A stretch of DNA of 64,000 bases from Hyaloraphidium curvatum SAG 235-1. Its lineage: Eukaryota > Fungi > Monoblepharomycota. Location: positions 124,001 to 188,000 of the forward strand of contig JAIVFI010000036.1 of the NCBI GenBank assembly GCA_025558095.1, in the 5' to 3' direction. Numbering within the stretch: the first letter of the stretch is position 1; each line of letters starts with the position of its first letter. The notes beneath the pieces are model-generated. The model was given only the letters and a program-made list of their open reading frames with translations, did not search any database and had not been told where the DNA came from. The position numbers were made by a program, and so were the translations under genes. Shown here in pieces: positions 10,195 to 21,828 of the stretch.

Positions 10195-11878
10195 GCCAGG
10201 GATGCAGGGACGCGCAAGGTCCCTGCCGAATGCTCGCTCCTGCCAGCGAATCTCCCGCGGCGAGCCCTGCCGACCCCGCATGTTGCACTAGAACACTCGT
10301 CCTATCGTCCTTGCCGGGCCGCAGGCGGCGGTTGTCGCCCGGAAAATCGGCGTGTTTGGCGGGGATCCGGAGCGTGGCGGAGCTCCGCGCCGCATCCCGG
10401 TTCTCGTGCCCGCCCGCCGCCGCGCCACGGCGATGAAAGCATTGCCCCGGTGGCGGCGCCGGAGTTCCGTGCTTCAAATAGCTGGCGTGCCGGTGTCCCT
10501 CTTTCGGACATCGAAGCACTCTCCCAATCGAGCCAACCGGCTCGCTCTTCAACGCCCCAACCTCCCTTCCCCAAACGACACCGCGATGAAGGCGCTTGCC
10601 GCCCTTGCCACGATCGCCCTTGCGCTGACCGGCTCCTCGGCCTCCCCGATGCCGGCCCTGGCGCCGCGCGACGCCCCCGCCAACCCGACCTCGGCCGTCG
10701 AGCCGCGCACCTCGCAGCCCAACTCGCGGGTCTGCCTGTACTCGTGCGCCGACGGAGCCTACTTCACCGGCACGTTCATCTTCTACGCCCTCGGCTGCGC
10801 CGGCTCCAACGGCGCCTGCACGTGGTACGCCGACGCCGCCTGCACCGTGCCCAAGCCGCTGGCCGTGCCGCCGACCGAGGTGCTCAACTGCCCGGCCGAG
10901 CCGTTCGAGCCCGTCGGCGGCTGGTGCAAGACCGCCTTCGACGTCTTCCGCGCCAATAAGCCCGCCCCGACCCCCGAGACGTGCTCGGGCAACCTGGGCG
11001 GCGAGCGCATCGAGTACGCCGTCAGCTGGGACGTCGCCGCCGTCGCCGAGCAGTGCAACAAGGTGGCCCGCGACAACGGGTGGACGTGGTTCAACCAGGT
11101 CGACCTCATGTACCAGGGCTACGACGGCGGCGCGGCCTCGGGCGCGCTCGGCGGCAACTGGGCCAACGGCATCCCCAGCACCGACGGCAGCGCCACCTTC
11201 GATGCCGCCCCGCTGGCGGCCGCCGTGCGCAACCTGACCCAGGTCGACTTTTCGGGCTGCTGCTTCTTCGGCAACTACCAGGGCGGCGTCAAGTACCGCT
11301 GCGCGCCCAACACCGTCTTCGAGGTCTCGCCGCGCACCGTCTTCCCGTCGGCACCCAACCCCAACTGCCCCTCGGAGCCCGTCGGCTACCCGCACCTGCC
11401 CGTCGACCCGACCCCGTACGCCACCTGCGCCGCCCCCGCCAACGGCCCGCCCTACGGCGGCTCCTCGTTCGTGTGCCTGCAGGACGCCTCGGGCTCGGAC
11501 CGCTGGGTGCCTGTCAAGCGGTCGCAGTACGGCCAAATCGGCTGCATGTCCACCAACTCGTGGGACTGCATCTGGGCGCCCAAGGACTGCTGCGAGCGCC
11601 TCGCGGCCTCGGCGACGGAGCGCTCGCCCTACTTCGAGTGCGGCAGCCTGCACTACCGGCTGTGGAAGACGTCGGGCTACAGCGACCCGTCGCACTGGTG
11701 CTACCGCGGCTGGCAGCTGCTCAACGCGGGGCAGCCCGTGCCGCAGCTCGGCTGCTGAGGGCGGTCTCGACATCTCGGCCCTCTCGATGCCGACATCTTT
11801 GTCACCAATACCGAAAAACGTATACCGTAGCATTCCAATACACCACTTGCACCACATACTTGCAATCCATGTCTTCTG
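10195..11878 (+). repeat. Left arm of a ~1.7 kb inverted duplication
   Basis: Reverse complement of ~16385-18085; near-identical across the CDS, with indels in the flanks. Confidence 0.95.
10586..11758 (+). CDS. Secreted cysteine-rich protein (390 aa), copy A
   Basis: Signal peptide MKALAALATIALALTGSSA; intronless, high GC3, many Cys/Trp residues. Confidence 0.85.
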   Translation: MKALAALATIALALTGSSASPMPALAPRDAPANPTSAVEPRTSQPNSRVCLYSCADGAYFTGTFIFYALGCAGSNGACTWYADAACTVPKPLAVPPTEVLNCPAEPFEPVGGWCKTAFDVFRANKPAPTPETCSGNLGGERIEYAVSWDVAAVAEQCNKVARDNGWTWFNQVDLMYQGYDGGAASGALGGNWANGIPSTDGSATFDAAPLAAAVRNLTQVDFSGCCFFGNYQGGVKYRCAPNTVFEVSPRTVFPSAPNPNCPSEPVGYPHLPVDPTPYATCAAPANGPPYGGSSFVCLQDASGSDRWVPVKRSQYGQIGCMSTNSWDCIWAPKDCCERLAASATERSPYFECGSLHYRLWKTSGYSDPSHWCYRGWQLLNAGQPVPQLGC

Positions 11879-12174
11879 CTTGACTTCGCCTTCGCTAAGT
11901 GATCGTCAGGCAAACGTACGTGATGGGACGCCCACCGATAACGTGAACGACTTCCGACCGATGCACGCCCTGGAGATCGAAAACGAACGGCTGCGCGCCG
12001 AAAATGCGGCTCTAAGGTAGTGCGATGATCGGAAGCCTCAAAGGACTCGGCCGACTCGGACGATACGAAGGACTCAGACGACTAGAAGCAAGACCCAGGC
12101 TTTATGGCTTACCGAAAGCCCATGGTTAGGAGGCAGCAGACCGAAGTTGGACTACAACACAGAGCTCTGCGTCG

Positions 12175-13495
12175 TCACCACGCCTCGCGCGGCAGTAGCT
12201 TCCCCAGCTCCGGCGGCGGCGCCTCTACAAAGTGGCACGACATGGTCCCGTTGTAGATCCGCGCGGCGCAGTAGTTGCAGTGCGTGCACCGCGACCCCGA
12301 GTCCTCCCCTGCCTCCTCCTCGCGCCGCATGCGGTCGACAAAGTCCGGCTCCCTGATCAGCGCCCGCGCGATGGCCACGGCGTCGAAACCGGCAGCCAGC
12401 GCCGTGTCGGCCGATTTGCGCGAGCTGACACCGCCCACGTACACGAGCGGGAGCGAGACGGCGGCCCGCACCGCCTTGGCGTCCTCGAGGAAGTACAGGT
12501 CTTCATACGGCACTGGCTGAATTAGCCACGAGCCAAAGATGTTGAGCAGCCCGCCGAAGACGCGCGAGGGCATCATGGCCGCCATGACCTCGACTGGCAT
12601 GGGGCCCCGCATGACGAACATCGGAGAGCGCGAAACGAAGCCACCAGAAAGGATCAGAGCGTCCACGCCGGCAGTTTCCAGCGCCTTGGCCACCTCGATG
12701 GCTTCGTCGAGCTCCATCCCGCCCTCGAACCCGTCGCGCAGGTTCATCTTGACTAGCACGGCGGTTCTGTCCTCCGCCGCGGCACGTACGGCCGCGATGA
12801 CCTCGCGCATGAACCGCATGCGGTTCTGCAGGCTGCCTCCGTACTCGTCGGTCCTCTTGTTGGTGTACGGAGAGAGGAACTGGGAAACGAGGTATCCGTG
12901 TCCGCAATGACATTCAACGGCGTCGAAGCCTGCCTCCTGTGCCAGTTTCGTTGCCTCGCCGAACGAACGCACGATCTCGGCAATTTCCTCGGTCGTCATT
13001 TCCCGGGCGTACGTTGGTCCGTAAAGATTGAACCCCGATGACGGGGCCAACGCGCGCCTGAGGCCCGAGACGGCCGGATCCGCGGCCATGTTGCCGCAGT
13101 GGCCAAGCTGCACCGAGGCCAGCGCCCCGGCGGCGTGCACTTTGTCTGTCAGGGACCGCAGGCCCGGAACGGCCTCGGGGCGCATCCATAATTGATGTGG
13201 GAAGGCGAGGCCGGACCGGTGCACCGCGGCGTCTGAACGCGACGAATCGCGTTCGACAAGGTCAGTACCGGTGACAAGAGACACAAGAGACTGATCACCC
13301 ACACGCCACGGTCGTCATTCCCACGCCACCGCGCGCGACGCTTTCGTGGTAGTCAGCAAGTCGTTGGGACGCGTCATGGCCCTGCGCCGCGCCCTCGAAC
13401 GCCGCGGCACGTATGGTCCGGTTCCTCAGCGTTATTGGACCGATTTGCACGGGCTCAAAGAGCCGGCGCGGAGTCGCCGGCGGCGGGGAACTCAT
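12175..13495 (-). CDS. NADH:flavin oxidoreductase (Old Yellow Enzyme-like FMN TIM barrel), 1 intron
   Basis: Motifs LFEPVQIGPITLRNR, GFDAVECHCGHGYLVSQFLSP.TNKRTDEYGGSLQNRMRF, ARALIREPDF and CTHCNYC. Confidence 0.9.
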
Positions 13496-13880
13496 TCCGG
13501 TTTGTGTGGTTGTGACGAGTATGTCCCGCTCTCCTTGAGAATAACTCTAACTTCCTTAAGTCTTAACTCATAAGAGTTATGAACAAGGATATTCGTTAAG
13601 ACTCAAGAGCGGCATAAACCCAGGCAGGCATTTGAACTTCGAGCCGCCATCAATTCCGCATGGACTTTCGTGGCCTGCGTGACTAGGTGAGGAAGACAAA
13701 GAAATGCATTCTGCGTGGCTCAAAAACGGCATGGCGCACTCGAGAGTATGCCACTGCCGGTCAAGCTGGTGCCGCGCCACTCATGGCGGCAATCGAACGT
13801 CGTCTCGATCGGGCGGCACCGATCAGTCCCCTCTCGACCTCCGATCTGCTCTGAGCTGTCTTTTTGCCAATGCTGATTGC

Positions 13881-14532
13881 TTAGATCAGGGTCAGCAGCA
13901 CTACTTGGTTTCCATCCGGTAGCAAGGCCCACCTCAAGCTTTGAACTGGCACACACAAGCTCTTGTGCCTCGGCCAGTCCGATTCCTGGCACGCTCTGGA
14001 GCAGTAGTTGACGATCTTGCAGCGCGCGCAGCGCTGGAACTCGCGCTTGAGATCGTGTGCGTCGCGGCCGCAGCCGTTGCAGGACATCGTGCAGTCGCCG
14101 CTCGTCCACGTACGCTGGAACAGGGCACCCTAAGGCGAACGAGGCCGCGCCATTAAGCAGGCGCAGGCCCCGGGCAACGCGCCCGATAGGAGGTCCGCAA
14201 ACTCCCACGTACCGTCGTCGCGTCGGCAGACCCGGTTGCTGCCAACGACCGTCATGATGTTTTATCGAGCCCCCGTTCATCTTGCCCTGGCACGAGACGC
14301 ATTTCCAGCCGCCTTTCGACGCGAGTTGCTCGGAAATGAACGGTCTCGCCGCAATGAGAGCGGCTCTGTTGAGGACGCCGTTCGCTTCTTTGGTGCTCAT
14401 CGATGACGCGGCACGGACCAATTCTTCGGGGAGGCAGACGGGGAAGGAAAGCTTCTGAAACCCCGTGTGCACACCCCTCTCGTCAGCGATGTAGACATGG
14501 ATGTCGTAAGTGATGGGCAGTGTGGAGGGCAT
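13881..14532 (-). CDS. MYND-type zinc finger protein
   Basis: CNGC...CARCKIVNYCSRACQESDWPRHKSLC; exon structure uncertain. Confidence 0.75.
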
Positions 14533-15041
14533 GTCGGCCGTGGAGTTGGAGAAGAATGGCAGTTGCAGTTGTTTGTGTTCGCGTCGAGTCACCGCCGGCA
14601 ACAGCGAGGCTTGCAAGCCGTGCAAGCCTTCCGGGCAGAATAAGAAAGACAATACAACATAGATAGTTTTCCGTAGTTTAGTGACGGTGAGACCTCTGCA
14701 TCCGTCGGTATGCGGAGATCTTGCTCCGATTCGGATTCGCAAGAGGCTCCCCTTCGGCTAGGCCAGCACGGTGGGCACACCACGGCCAGATCACGCCTGC
14801 AGGCAGGGAGCTGGATTCGTGAGATCCTGAAGGAGTTGTGCCGTGAGATGGTCCTCCCTATAAACGTCACAAGTGGGCCACACGGCGAGTATGGAAGCAC
14901 CCAAAGCGGCGACTAGCCAATTACACGAAAGGTAAAGCCCAAAGAAGCGAGGGCTGTGTTGTCTCCCACAACCAACAGTTCCGTGGCGTCGATTGCACCT
15001 TCGCCTTCGCTTACGCTTTATCAAAGGCTCGTCGCCATATC

Positions 15042-16094
15042 ATGGCTTTCGCCGGCTCGCTCGCCATCGTCTCTGGCGGCGCCTCGGGCATGGGCCGAGA
15101 GCTCGTGCGCCAGCTGTCCCGCGCCGGAGCCTCCGTTGCATTCTCCGACATCCGCGCCTCCTCCGCCAAAATTGACGAAACCCTCGCGCTCGCGACGCAG
15201 GGTGCCACGGGGGGCGCGAAAATCACCGCTCACTTTGGGGATGTGGCGGACGAGTCGGCGTGGCAAAAGTTCCGGAAGGACGCGCTTTCGGAGCACGGAA
15301 GGACCTCGGTCGAGCTACTATTCAACAACGCTGGTCTCGTAGGAGGTGGCAGTTTCGTAGAAGGGTCGCGAGACGAATGGGACCGCACCTTCAATATCCT
15401 GTGAGGGTGCCGAGACCGCGACGCTGGAGCAGAAACTCATTGCGTCCATCCAGCTTCTACGGCGTGTACTACGGGTGCCGCACGTTCATGCCTGACCTGA
15501 TCAAGGCCAAGAGCGCGCGTATCGTCAACACGTCTAGGTCAGTTCCCCGGCGCCGCGTGATTGCGCCCGCATGGGAAGTTCATACTTCCTCTTTGGTAGC
15601 GTCTGCGGCTTTTGGGCGAGTGGCGGGCCCAACATGCCCCACACCGCGTATTGCACGGCCAAGTTTGCTGTGAAGGGCTTCACGGAGTCCCTCATGACCG
15701 ATCTCGCCCTGAACGCGCCGCACGTCAAGGCTTCCGTCGTCATGCCCGGGTTCGTAGCAGCGCGACCGCACTCGCACCAATCATTGACCCCACCTATTAC
15801 CCCAGCTGGATCGGCACGCCCATCTTGGGCAGCGCGGGAGTGACAGCGGACTTGACCGAAAACTACGTCTCCCAAGCACCCCTGGACGCGGAGGCAGCCG
15901 CGAGCATCATCCTCGCCGGCGTCGAGCGCGGCGACTGGCGCATCCTCGTCGGGGACGACGCCGTGGAGCTGGACAAGATGGTCCGCCAGCGACCTGAGGA
16001 GGCGTACACGAAAGCGTTCTGGGACGAGACGGCAAAGTTTGGGTTCTTGGACATCCTCCGGGTCCCGGAGAGGGAACCTGTTCCCGTCCGTTGA
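15042..16094 (+). CDS. Short-chain dehydrogenase/reductase (classical SDR), 3 introns
   Basis: Motifs VSGGASGMG, LFNNAG, IVNTSS and catalytic YCTAKF. Confidence 0.9.
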
Positions 16095-16384
16095 AGAAAG
16101 CGGACAATCTTTCGTACCAGGACATCCTCAGCGTCCCGGAGAGGGAAGCTGTTCCCGCCCGTTGACGACTACGGACGATCTGGTACCGGGTGATACAATT
16201 GGGATCGCAGTTGCGCGAAGGCTTATCGGGCAGCCGCCTCGCTGCTCCAGCACAAGCCTTTGCGAGTCTGAAATGTGTGATGAATGCACAGTTGGAGTTT
16301 GAACTTTACTCTGCGCGCCGTGCCCCGATCGCGCGATTGGAATCCACGCCCACCGCCCGTCCGTTCTACCCGCGCACCAACACA

Positions 16385-18085
16385 GACAGGAAACATGGAC
16401 TGCGAAGCATGTAGTGCAATGTACTGTATTGGAATGCTATGCTATTGACGGTATACGTTTTTCGGTATTGGTGACAAAGATGTCGGCATCGAGAGGGCCG
16501 AGATGTCGAGACCGCCCTCAGCAGCCGGGCTGCGGCACGGGCTGCCCCGCGTTGAGCAGCTGCCAGCCGCGGTAGCACCAGTGCGACGGGTCGCTGTAGC
16601 CCGACGTCTTCCACAGCCGGTAGTGCAGGCTGCCGCACTCGAAGTAGGGCGAGCGCTCCGTCGCCGAGGCCGCGAGGCGCTCGCAGCAGTCCTTGGGCGC
16701 CCAGATGCAGTCCCACGAGTTGGTGGACATGCAGCCGATTTGGCCGTACTGCGACCGCTTGACAGGCACCCAGCGGTCCGAGCCCGAGGCGTCCTGCAGG
16801 CACACGAACGAGGAGCCGCCGTAGGGCGGGCCGTTGGCGGGGGCGGCGCAGGTGGCGTACGGGGTCGGGTCGACGGGCAGGTGCGGGTAGCCGACGGGCT
16901 CCGAGGGGCAGTTGGGGTTGGGTGCCGACGGGAAGACGGTGCGCGGCGAGACCTCGAAGACGGTGTTGGGCGCGCAGCGGTACTTGACGCCGCCCTGGTA
17001 GTTGCCGAAGAAGCAGCAGCCCGAAAAGTCGACCTGGGTCAGGTTGCGCACGGCGGCCGCCAGCGGGGCGGCATCGAAGGTGGCGCTGCCGTCGGTGCTG
17101 GGGATGCCGTTGGCCCAGTTGCCGCCGAGCGCGCCCGAGGCCGCGCCGCCGTCGTAGCCCTGGTACATGAGGTCGACCTGGTTGAACCACGTCCACCCGT
17201 TGTCGCGGGCCACCTTGTTGCACTGCTCGGCGACGGCGGCGACGTCCCAGCTGACGGCGTACTCGATGCGCTCGCCGCCCAGGTTGCCCGAGCACGTCTC
17301 GGGGGTCGGGGCGGGCTTATTGGCGCGGAAGACGTCGAAGGCGGTCTTGCACCAGCCGCCGACGGGCTCGAACGGCTCGGCCGGGCAGTTGAGCACCTCG
17401 GTCGGCGGCACGGCCAGCGGCTTGGGCACGGTGCAGGCGGCGTCGGCGTACCACGTGCAGGCGCCGTTGGAGCCGGCGCAGCCGAGGGCGTAGAAGATGA
17501 ACGTGCCGGTGAAGTAGGCTCCGTCGGCGCACGAGTACAGGCAGACCCGCGAGTTGGGCTGCGAGGTGCGCGGCTCGACGGCCGAGGTCGGGTTGGCGGG
17601 GGCGTCGCGCGGCGCCAGGGCCGGCATCGGGGCGGCCGAGGAGCCGGTCAGCGCAAGGGCGATCGTGGCAAGGGCTGCAAGCGCCTTCATCGCGGTGTCG
17701 TTTGGGGAAGGGAGGTTGGGGCGTTGAAGAGCGAGCCGGTTGGCTCGATTGGGAGAGTGCTTCGATGTCCGAAAGAGGGAACCGGCGCGCCGGCTATTTG
17801 AAGCACGGAACTCCGGCGCCGCCACCGGGGCAATGCTTTCATCGCCGTGGCGCGGCGGCGGGCGGGGACCGGGAACCGGGATGCGGCGCGGTGCTCCGCC
17901 ACGCTCCGGATCCCCGCCGAACACGCCGATTTTCCGGGCGACAACCGCCGGCTGCGGCTCGGCAAGGACGATATGACGAGTGCTCAAATGCAACATGCGG
18001 GGCCGGCAGGGCTCGCCGAGGAAGATTCGCTGGCAGGAGCGAGCATTTTGTTCGGCAGGGACCTTGCGCGTCCCTGCGTCCCTGC
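16385..18085 (-). repeat. Right arm of a ~1.7 kb inverted duplication
   Basis: Mirror image of ~10195-11878; CDS start and stop coordinates sum to the same value (28276). Confidence 0.95.
16518..17690 (-). CDS. Secreted cysteine-rich protein (390 aa), copy B
   Basis: Same length as copy A with two amino-acid differences seen (S20A; L to P near the C-terminus). Confidence 0.85.
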   Translation of the reverse strand: MKALAALATIALALTGSSAAPMPALAPRDAPANPTSAVEPRTSQPNSRVCLYSCADGAYFTGTFIFYALGCAGSNGACTWYADAACTVPKPLAVPPTEVLNCPAEPFEPVGGWCKTAFDVFRANKPAPTPETCSGNLGGERIEYAVSWDVAAVAEQCNKVARDNGWTWFNQVDLMYQGYDGGAASGALGGNWANGIPSTDGSATFDAAPLAAAVRNLTQVDFSGCCFFGNYQGGVKYRCAPNTVFEVSPRTVFPSAPNPNCPSEPVGYPHLPVDPTPYATCAAPANGPPYGGSSFVCLQDASGSDRWVPVKRSQYGQIGCMSTNSWDCIWAPKDCCERLAASATERSPYFECGSLHYRLWKTSGYSDPSHWCYRGWQLLNAGQPVPQPGC

Positions 18086-18670
18086 TGACCCCTCAGAGAA
18101 CGCTTCTGCCAAAACCATGTCCAGACGGCAGCTCTGCAGCTCTTGCGCGAGCGCAAGAAGCGCTCTTTTGGTCAAACCATCAGCCAGATGCTTATTGTAG
18201 CGGTGACTATCCTGGCCGGTAGAGCTCGGCCTCCGACGGTCTGGGTCTGTCCGCCGAGATCAAATGACAAATGAAGCGGTCATCCAAAGAGAAGGTGATG
18301 AAGTTGATTTTGAGGAGAATGTCGCATTATGCTATCCAGTGTGTCTCTGCTCTTTCGTAGCTCGCTTCTGCGTATCAGCTTCGACTGCGCATCCAGTCGC
18401 AAACAGCGCCCGACTGTCCATCCAAGCTACCAAACAATACGTCCGTTTGCAACCAACGTAAATGTAAGATTCTAGAGATTATAGCCAGGTTCGCTCGCGC
18501 TTGTGGGGGACGAGTGTTTGGCGGCCTCATCGCCGCCGCCGGGCCGAGAAACGCGGACATTACCGATGACGGTGCCTCTCGCCGGGGGCACCAGAGGCCT
18601 CCGAGCTTTCGATTTCCGAACCCTTTACGCGTCTCATCGGAGCCTCCACCGGCGCGCTCGGCCCAGAACG

Positions 18671-19822
18671 ATGCCTGATCCGGACCCGAGCCAACACCCC
18701 TTCGAAACCGCCCTGACCATGGCATTCTCCCCGAACGAGCCTCCGCCGCACATGCACGGCCACCACGTGTCGCGGTTCCGGGGACCTTTCGCTCCGACCT
18801 GGATCAACCTCGCCGGCACAGCTCACGGGGGAATCCTCCTCGCGCAGGGCCTCCGCGCTGCCCGGCGTCACGTCGAGCGTACCGTCGCGCTCGCCGAGGG
18901 AGTGGAGCCGGACTCGAAGCCAGAGATCATTTCGATGCACGGATCGTTCATGGCGCCGATTCTGCCGGCTTTGGGGGAGGTCTCTTACGACGTCGGAACG
19001 GTCAAGACCTCCAAGCGCTTCGCTTGGGTCGACTCCCGCATCGGACAAATCCAGAAAAATGGCCATATGAGGCACGGGATCCACCTTACGTGCTGCTTCT
19101 CCCTGCCGAACCCTCCGCCTGCGGACCCCGACGACCCGCTGAACCCAGACAACTTGCCCGAGGAGACGTGTTCGGGTCTGCTGCCACCGACCCGCGATGA
19201 GATCCCGGATCCCGACAACTGCGTCGATCAGACAGAAACCATGCGGGCCGCTGGCTTTGTTCGTTCGCCGGGCTTTCACACGCATAGGGAGATGCGGGTC
19301 TCGCCCAAGCTAGCCGATCGGGTCAAGGCGATCGTCGAAGGCCGGGACGACGGAAAGGAGCGGCGGATCGATGTCTCGACGCTGGCATGGTGCCGATTCT
19401 CCCCCGAGCGCGCTCAGGATGCCGAATCCGCTGCGTTTTTCTCCGACGCCGTCATCCCCCTCAACCTCTCCCTCGCGCTCTCCACGGTCGGGAGCCGAAG
19501 CTACCGACCGGACGTGTTCTACAGCTGGTCGACGGTGGGGCTGACGGCCGAGTTCTTCGGCCCGCCACTCAAGCAGTTGGATGGGGAGGCTGGCAAAGGA
19601 AACTGGCTTCTCGTGAGATCGGACCTCCAGCACACCAGCCACGGGCGCGCCGAGCTGGAGATGGTGCTTTGGGACGTTGAAGTCGGCGGCGAGGAGCGGA
19701 CGGGCAGGGTGGTGGCGGTCTGCAGGCAGCAAGGCGTGATCGTCACCCGCAAACGGGAGGTGGACGCAGGACATTTCTCTTCCGCGGCCAGCAGGCCGCA
19801 GTTTCTGCGGCGTCTTGAGTAG
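18671..19822 (+). CDS. Acyl-CoA thioesterase (TesB-like double hot-dog)
   Basis: Motifs AHGGILLAQGLRAA, ISMHGSF, AAFFSD, WSTVGLTAEF, GRAELEMVLWD and VAVCRQQGV. Confidence 0.75.
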   Translation: MPDPDPSQHPFETALTMAFSPNEPPPHMHGHHVSRFRGPFAPTWINLAGTAHGGILLAQGLRAARRHVERTVALAEGVEPDSKPEIISMHGSFMAPILPALGEVSYDVGTVKTSKRFAWVDSRIGQIQKNGHMRHGIHLTCCFSLPNPPPADPDDPLNPDNLPEETCSGLLPPTRDEIPDPDNCVDQTETMRAAGFVRSPGFHTHREMRVSPKLADRVKAIVEGRDDGKERRIDVSTLAWCRFSPERAQDAESAAFFSDAVIPLNLSLALSTVGSRSYRPDVFYSWSTVGLTAEFFGPPLKQLDGEAGKGNWLLVRSDLQHTSHGRAELEMVLWDVEVGGEERTGRVVAVCRQQGVIVTRKREVDAGHFSSAASRPQFLRRLE

Positions 19823-19952
19823 AGATTCACCCGCGGATGTTCCGCCAAGCAGCTCAGCGCTTTCACCAAGGCTGTATCTGTCGCACGGACTTCACGCCTG
19901 GCTGAGCTCTCGCCGATCTCGCACCGCGTCCTCCCGCCCGCACGAAGAGCCC

Positions 19953-21574
19953 ATGGATACGGCCCGTCCCGCGCGCGATGACCCGCCGTTCACTGCGCGC
20001 GACTTCCTCGCCCTGTTTCCCGCGGCGCCGCAGCCTGTCGAGACGCTTTTTGAGGACGACGAGGCCGAAGTCCCATTCGACCCCGCCGCCGCCGTCCGAG
20101 CCGAGGACCCTCTGACGGTGGACCTGATGGTGGCCGAGCTCCGGCCGCGAAGCACGTCGCTCGCGCTTCGCACCTGGGTGGCGTATCACTCTGACCTCCG
20201 GACGCGCTGGACGAACTCACGTGGACTATCCTGGGCTTGTCTCTCCTCGCACCGCTATGGGTCTATAACTCGGAGCTCAACATCTTTGATAACGTACCAT
20301 TGGCCTTGGGCACCGCCTCAGTTGCCTTTATCTGGTTCCTTTGGATGGCGTTCGTGGCCGCCTCAGCGCCCTTGCGGACATGGATTGCAACTTTAAGCAA
20401 AGCCCCTTCCCCGTGACAGCAGTTAAACTGGCATGTTGACGCCGTCATGGCACGCTGGAGCCAGGCGGTAGGCGGAGCAACGGACAGAACATCCGGGGCC
20501 CCTGGTTGTGCTGACACTGAGTTAGCGCTGGGAGTTTCCGTCCTCGGCGTCCACAAGGATAGCGACAAACTTTGCACTTGCGCGCGGCTGGACTGTGCTG
20601 GGGCATTCCAAGAAGTGCTGCGATTCTTGATTCCTTGTTCGCCATATTGTCGCTCCTCGTTGTCCTTTGGTATTCGTTCGCTTTGGTTTGGACCCCACTC
20701 TTCTCTCCCGCCTTTGTTGCGTTCACCTACTATCACTGGTGGAGCGCTTTGTTGGCCGGTCTATACTGTCAGTGGCATCCATCTTCCACGTTTCTCCATT
20801 GCACACACTGACACTCCGTCACCCTCTGCAGTGGCTCTCTGTGTGGCTCGATATGTGCGAATTCACATCCTTTTCCAGCCCGAAACCACGGCCCATCTAA
20901 CGTTGGAGATGAGGATACAGCACCGCCTTGTCCGTCTGAGCCTATCTTCGATGTTGAATCGTCACCGAAAGACCCTCGTTGACACGTCTGGTGTACGTTG
21001 CCGCCTCAGCAGACCGGAATCCTTTGTCGCACTGCACGGGGTCCTGGCACGCAGATGGAAGAACCGAGTTCAACAAAGTGCGAACTCTACGTTCGTTGCC
21101 CTCACCTCCTTTGGAATGGTTGTTTGCTCAGTGCTCAATATTGCCGGGGGTTCGTGCATCCCAATGTGGATTCTCGCGCTCCTTGCACTCAACATCCAAT
21201 ACCTTTTCACCGACGCAATTATCCTGGGAGTTTGCAACGCCAACGCCGACTCCATTATTGACCTGTATCGGGAAGCCGTCCGCGAGATCAAGGAGCTCAT
21301 CCACCTCGTTGGGAAGCCGTCCATTGTGAATTCTGCGGATCCCTATGCCCTAGCTCGCCTTGACACTCTGGCCTCGCTCGCCGAGAATGGGGAAATCCTC
21401 GAAGCGTTTGTCGCCGGGGCGAGGCACCGAGCCCGTTTGTTTGGCCTAGTTGCGAGCATGGGCTTGGCGCGGACGCTGTTCGTCACCTTGCTCACCGTAC
21501 TGCTGGGACTGTGGACCATCCTTCGAGGCGCTGGAATCCGCTTCGTTGTGGACATGGCATGTCCCGCGAGCTGA
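19953..21574 (+). pseudogene. Multi-pass membrane protein, family paralog 2; multiple frameshifts
   Basis: Shares DPAA..R..DPL...VAELR.RS, H.DAV..RWSQ, CTC...CAG and G....GL.RTL.VT..TV..GL..ILRG...CP with 8284-10020. The homologous frame shifts at ~20235, ~20415 and ~20600. Confidence 0.6.
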
Positions 21575-21828
21575 TCGCTCCTTGGGCAGGAATCATTCGA
21601 GGATATCATCTGTGCTACGACGTGCTAGGTCTTGACTGTACATTCACAAATTAGTTTCGTACGTAGGTAACTCAGCGCTGCTTAGGCTTATTGGGCACGA
21701 GGCCGCCTCGGGTGCTGACGACGGTTCTGCACTCAGGGTCCTGCGGGGTTCACTCCCCTGACGCGTCCCCACAACACTTCAAACCAAACGTCTCTTCAGC
21801 GCATCGTCGCGACAACGAGCGGGAAGAG

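Noticed and set aside
10091-11857. 588-aa minus-strand ORF (and its mirror at 16503-17801)
   Set aside because: Antisense shadow of a high-GC3 gene; no domain features.
11900-12100. Short coiled-coil-like ORF end (LEIENERLRAENAALR) and nearby GACTC repeats
   Set aside because: Too short, with no supportable gene model.
10195-18085. The inverted arms as TIRs of a giant DNA transposon
   Set aside because: The outer ends fade gradually, with no TSD and no transposase; identity is highest in the CDS rather than at the termini.
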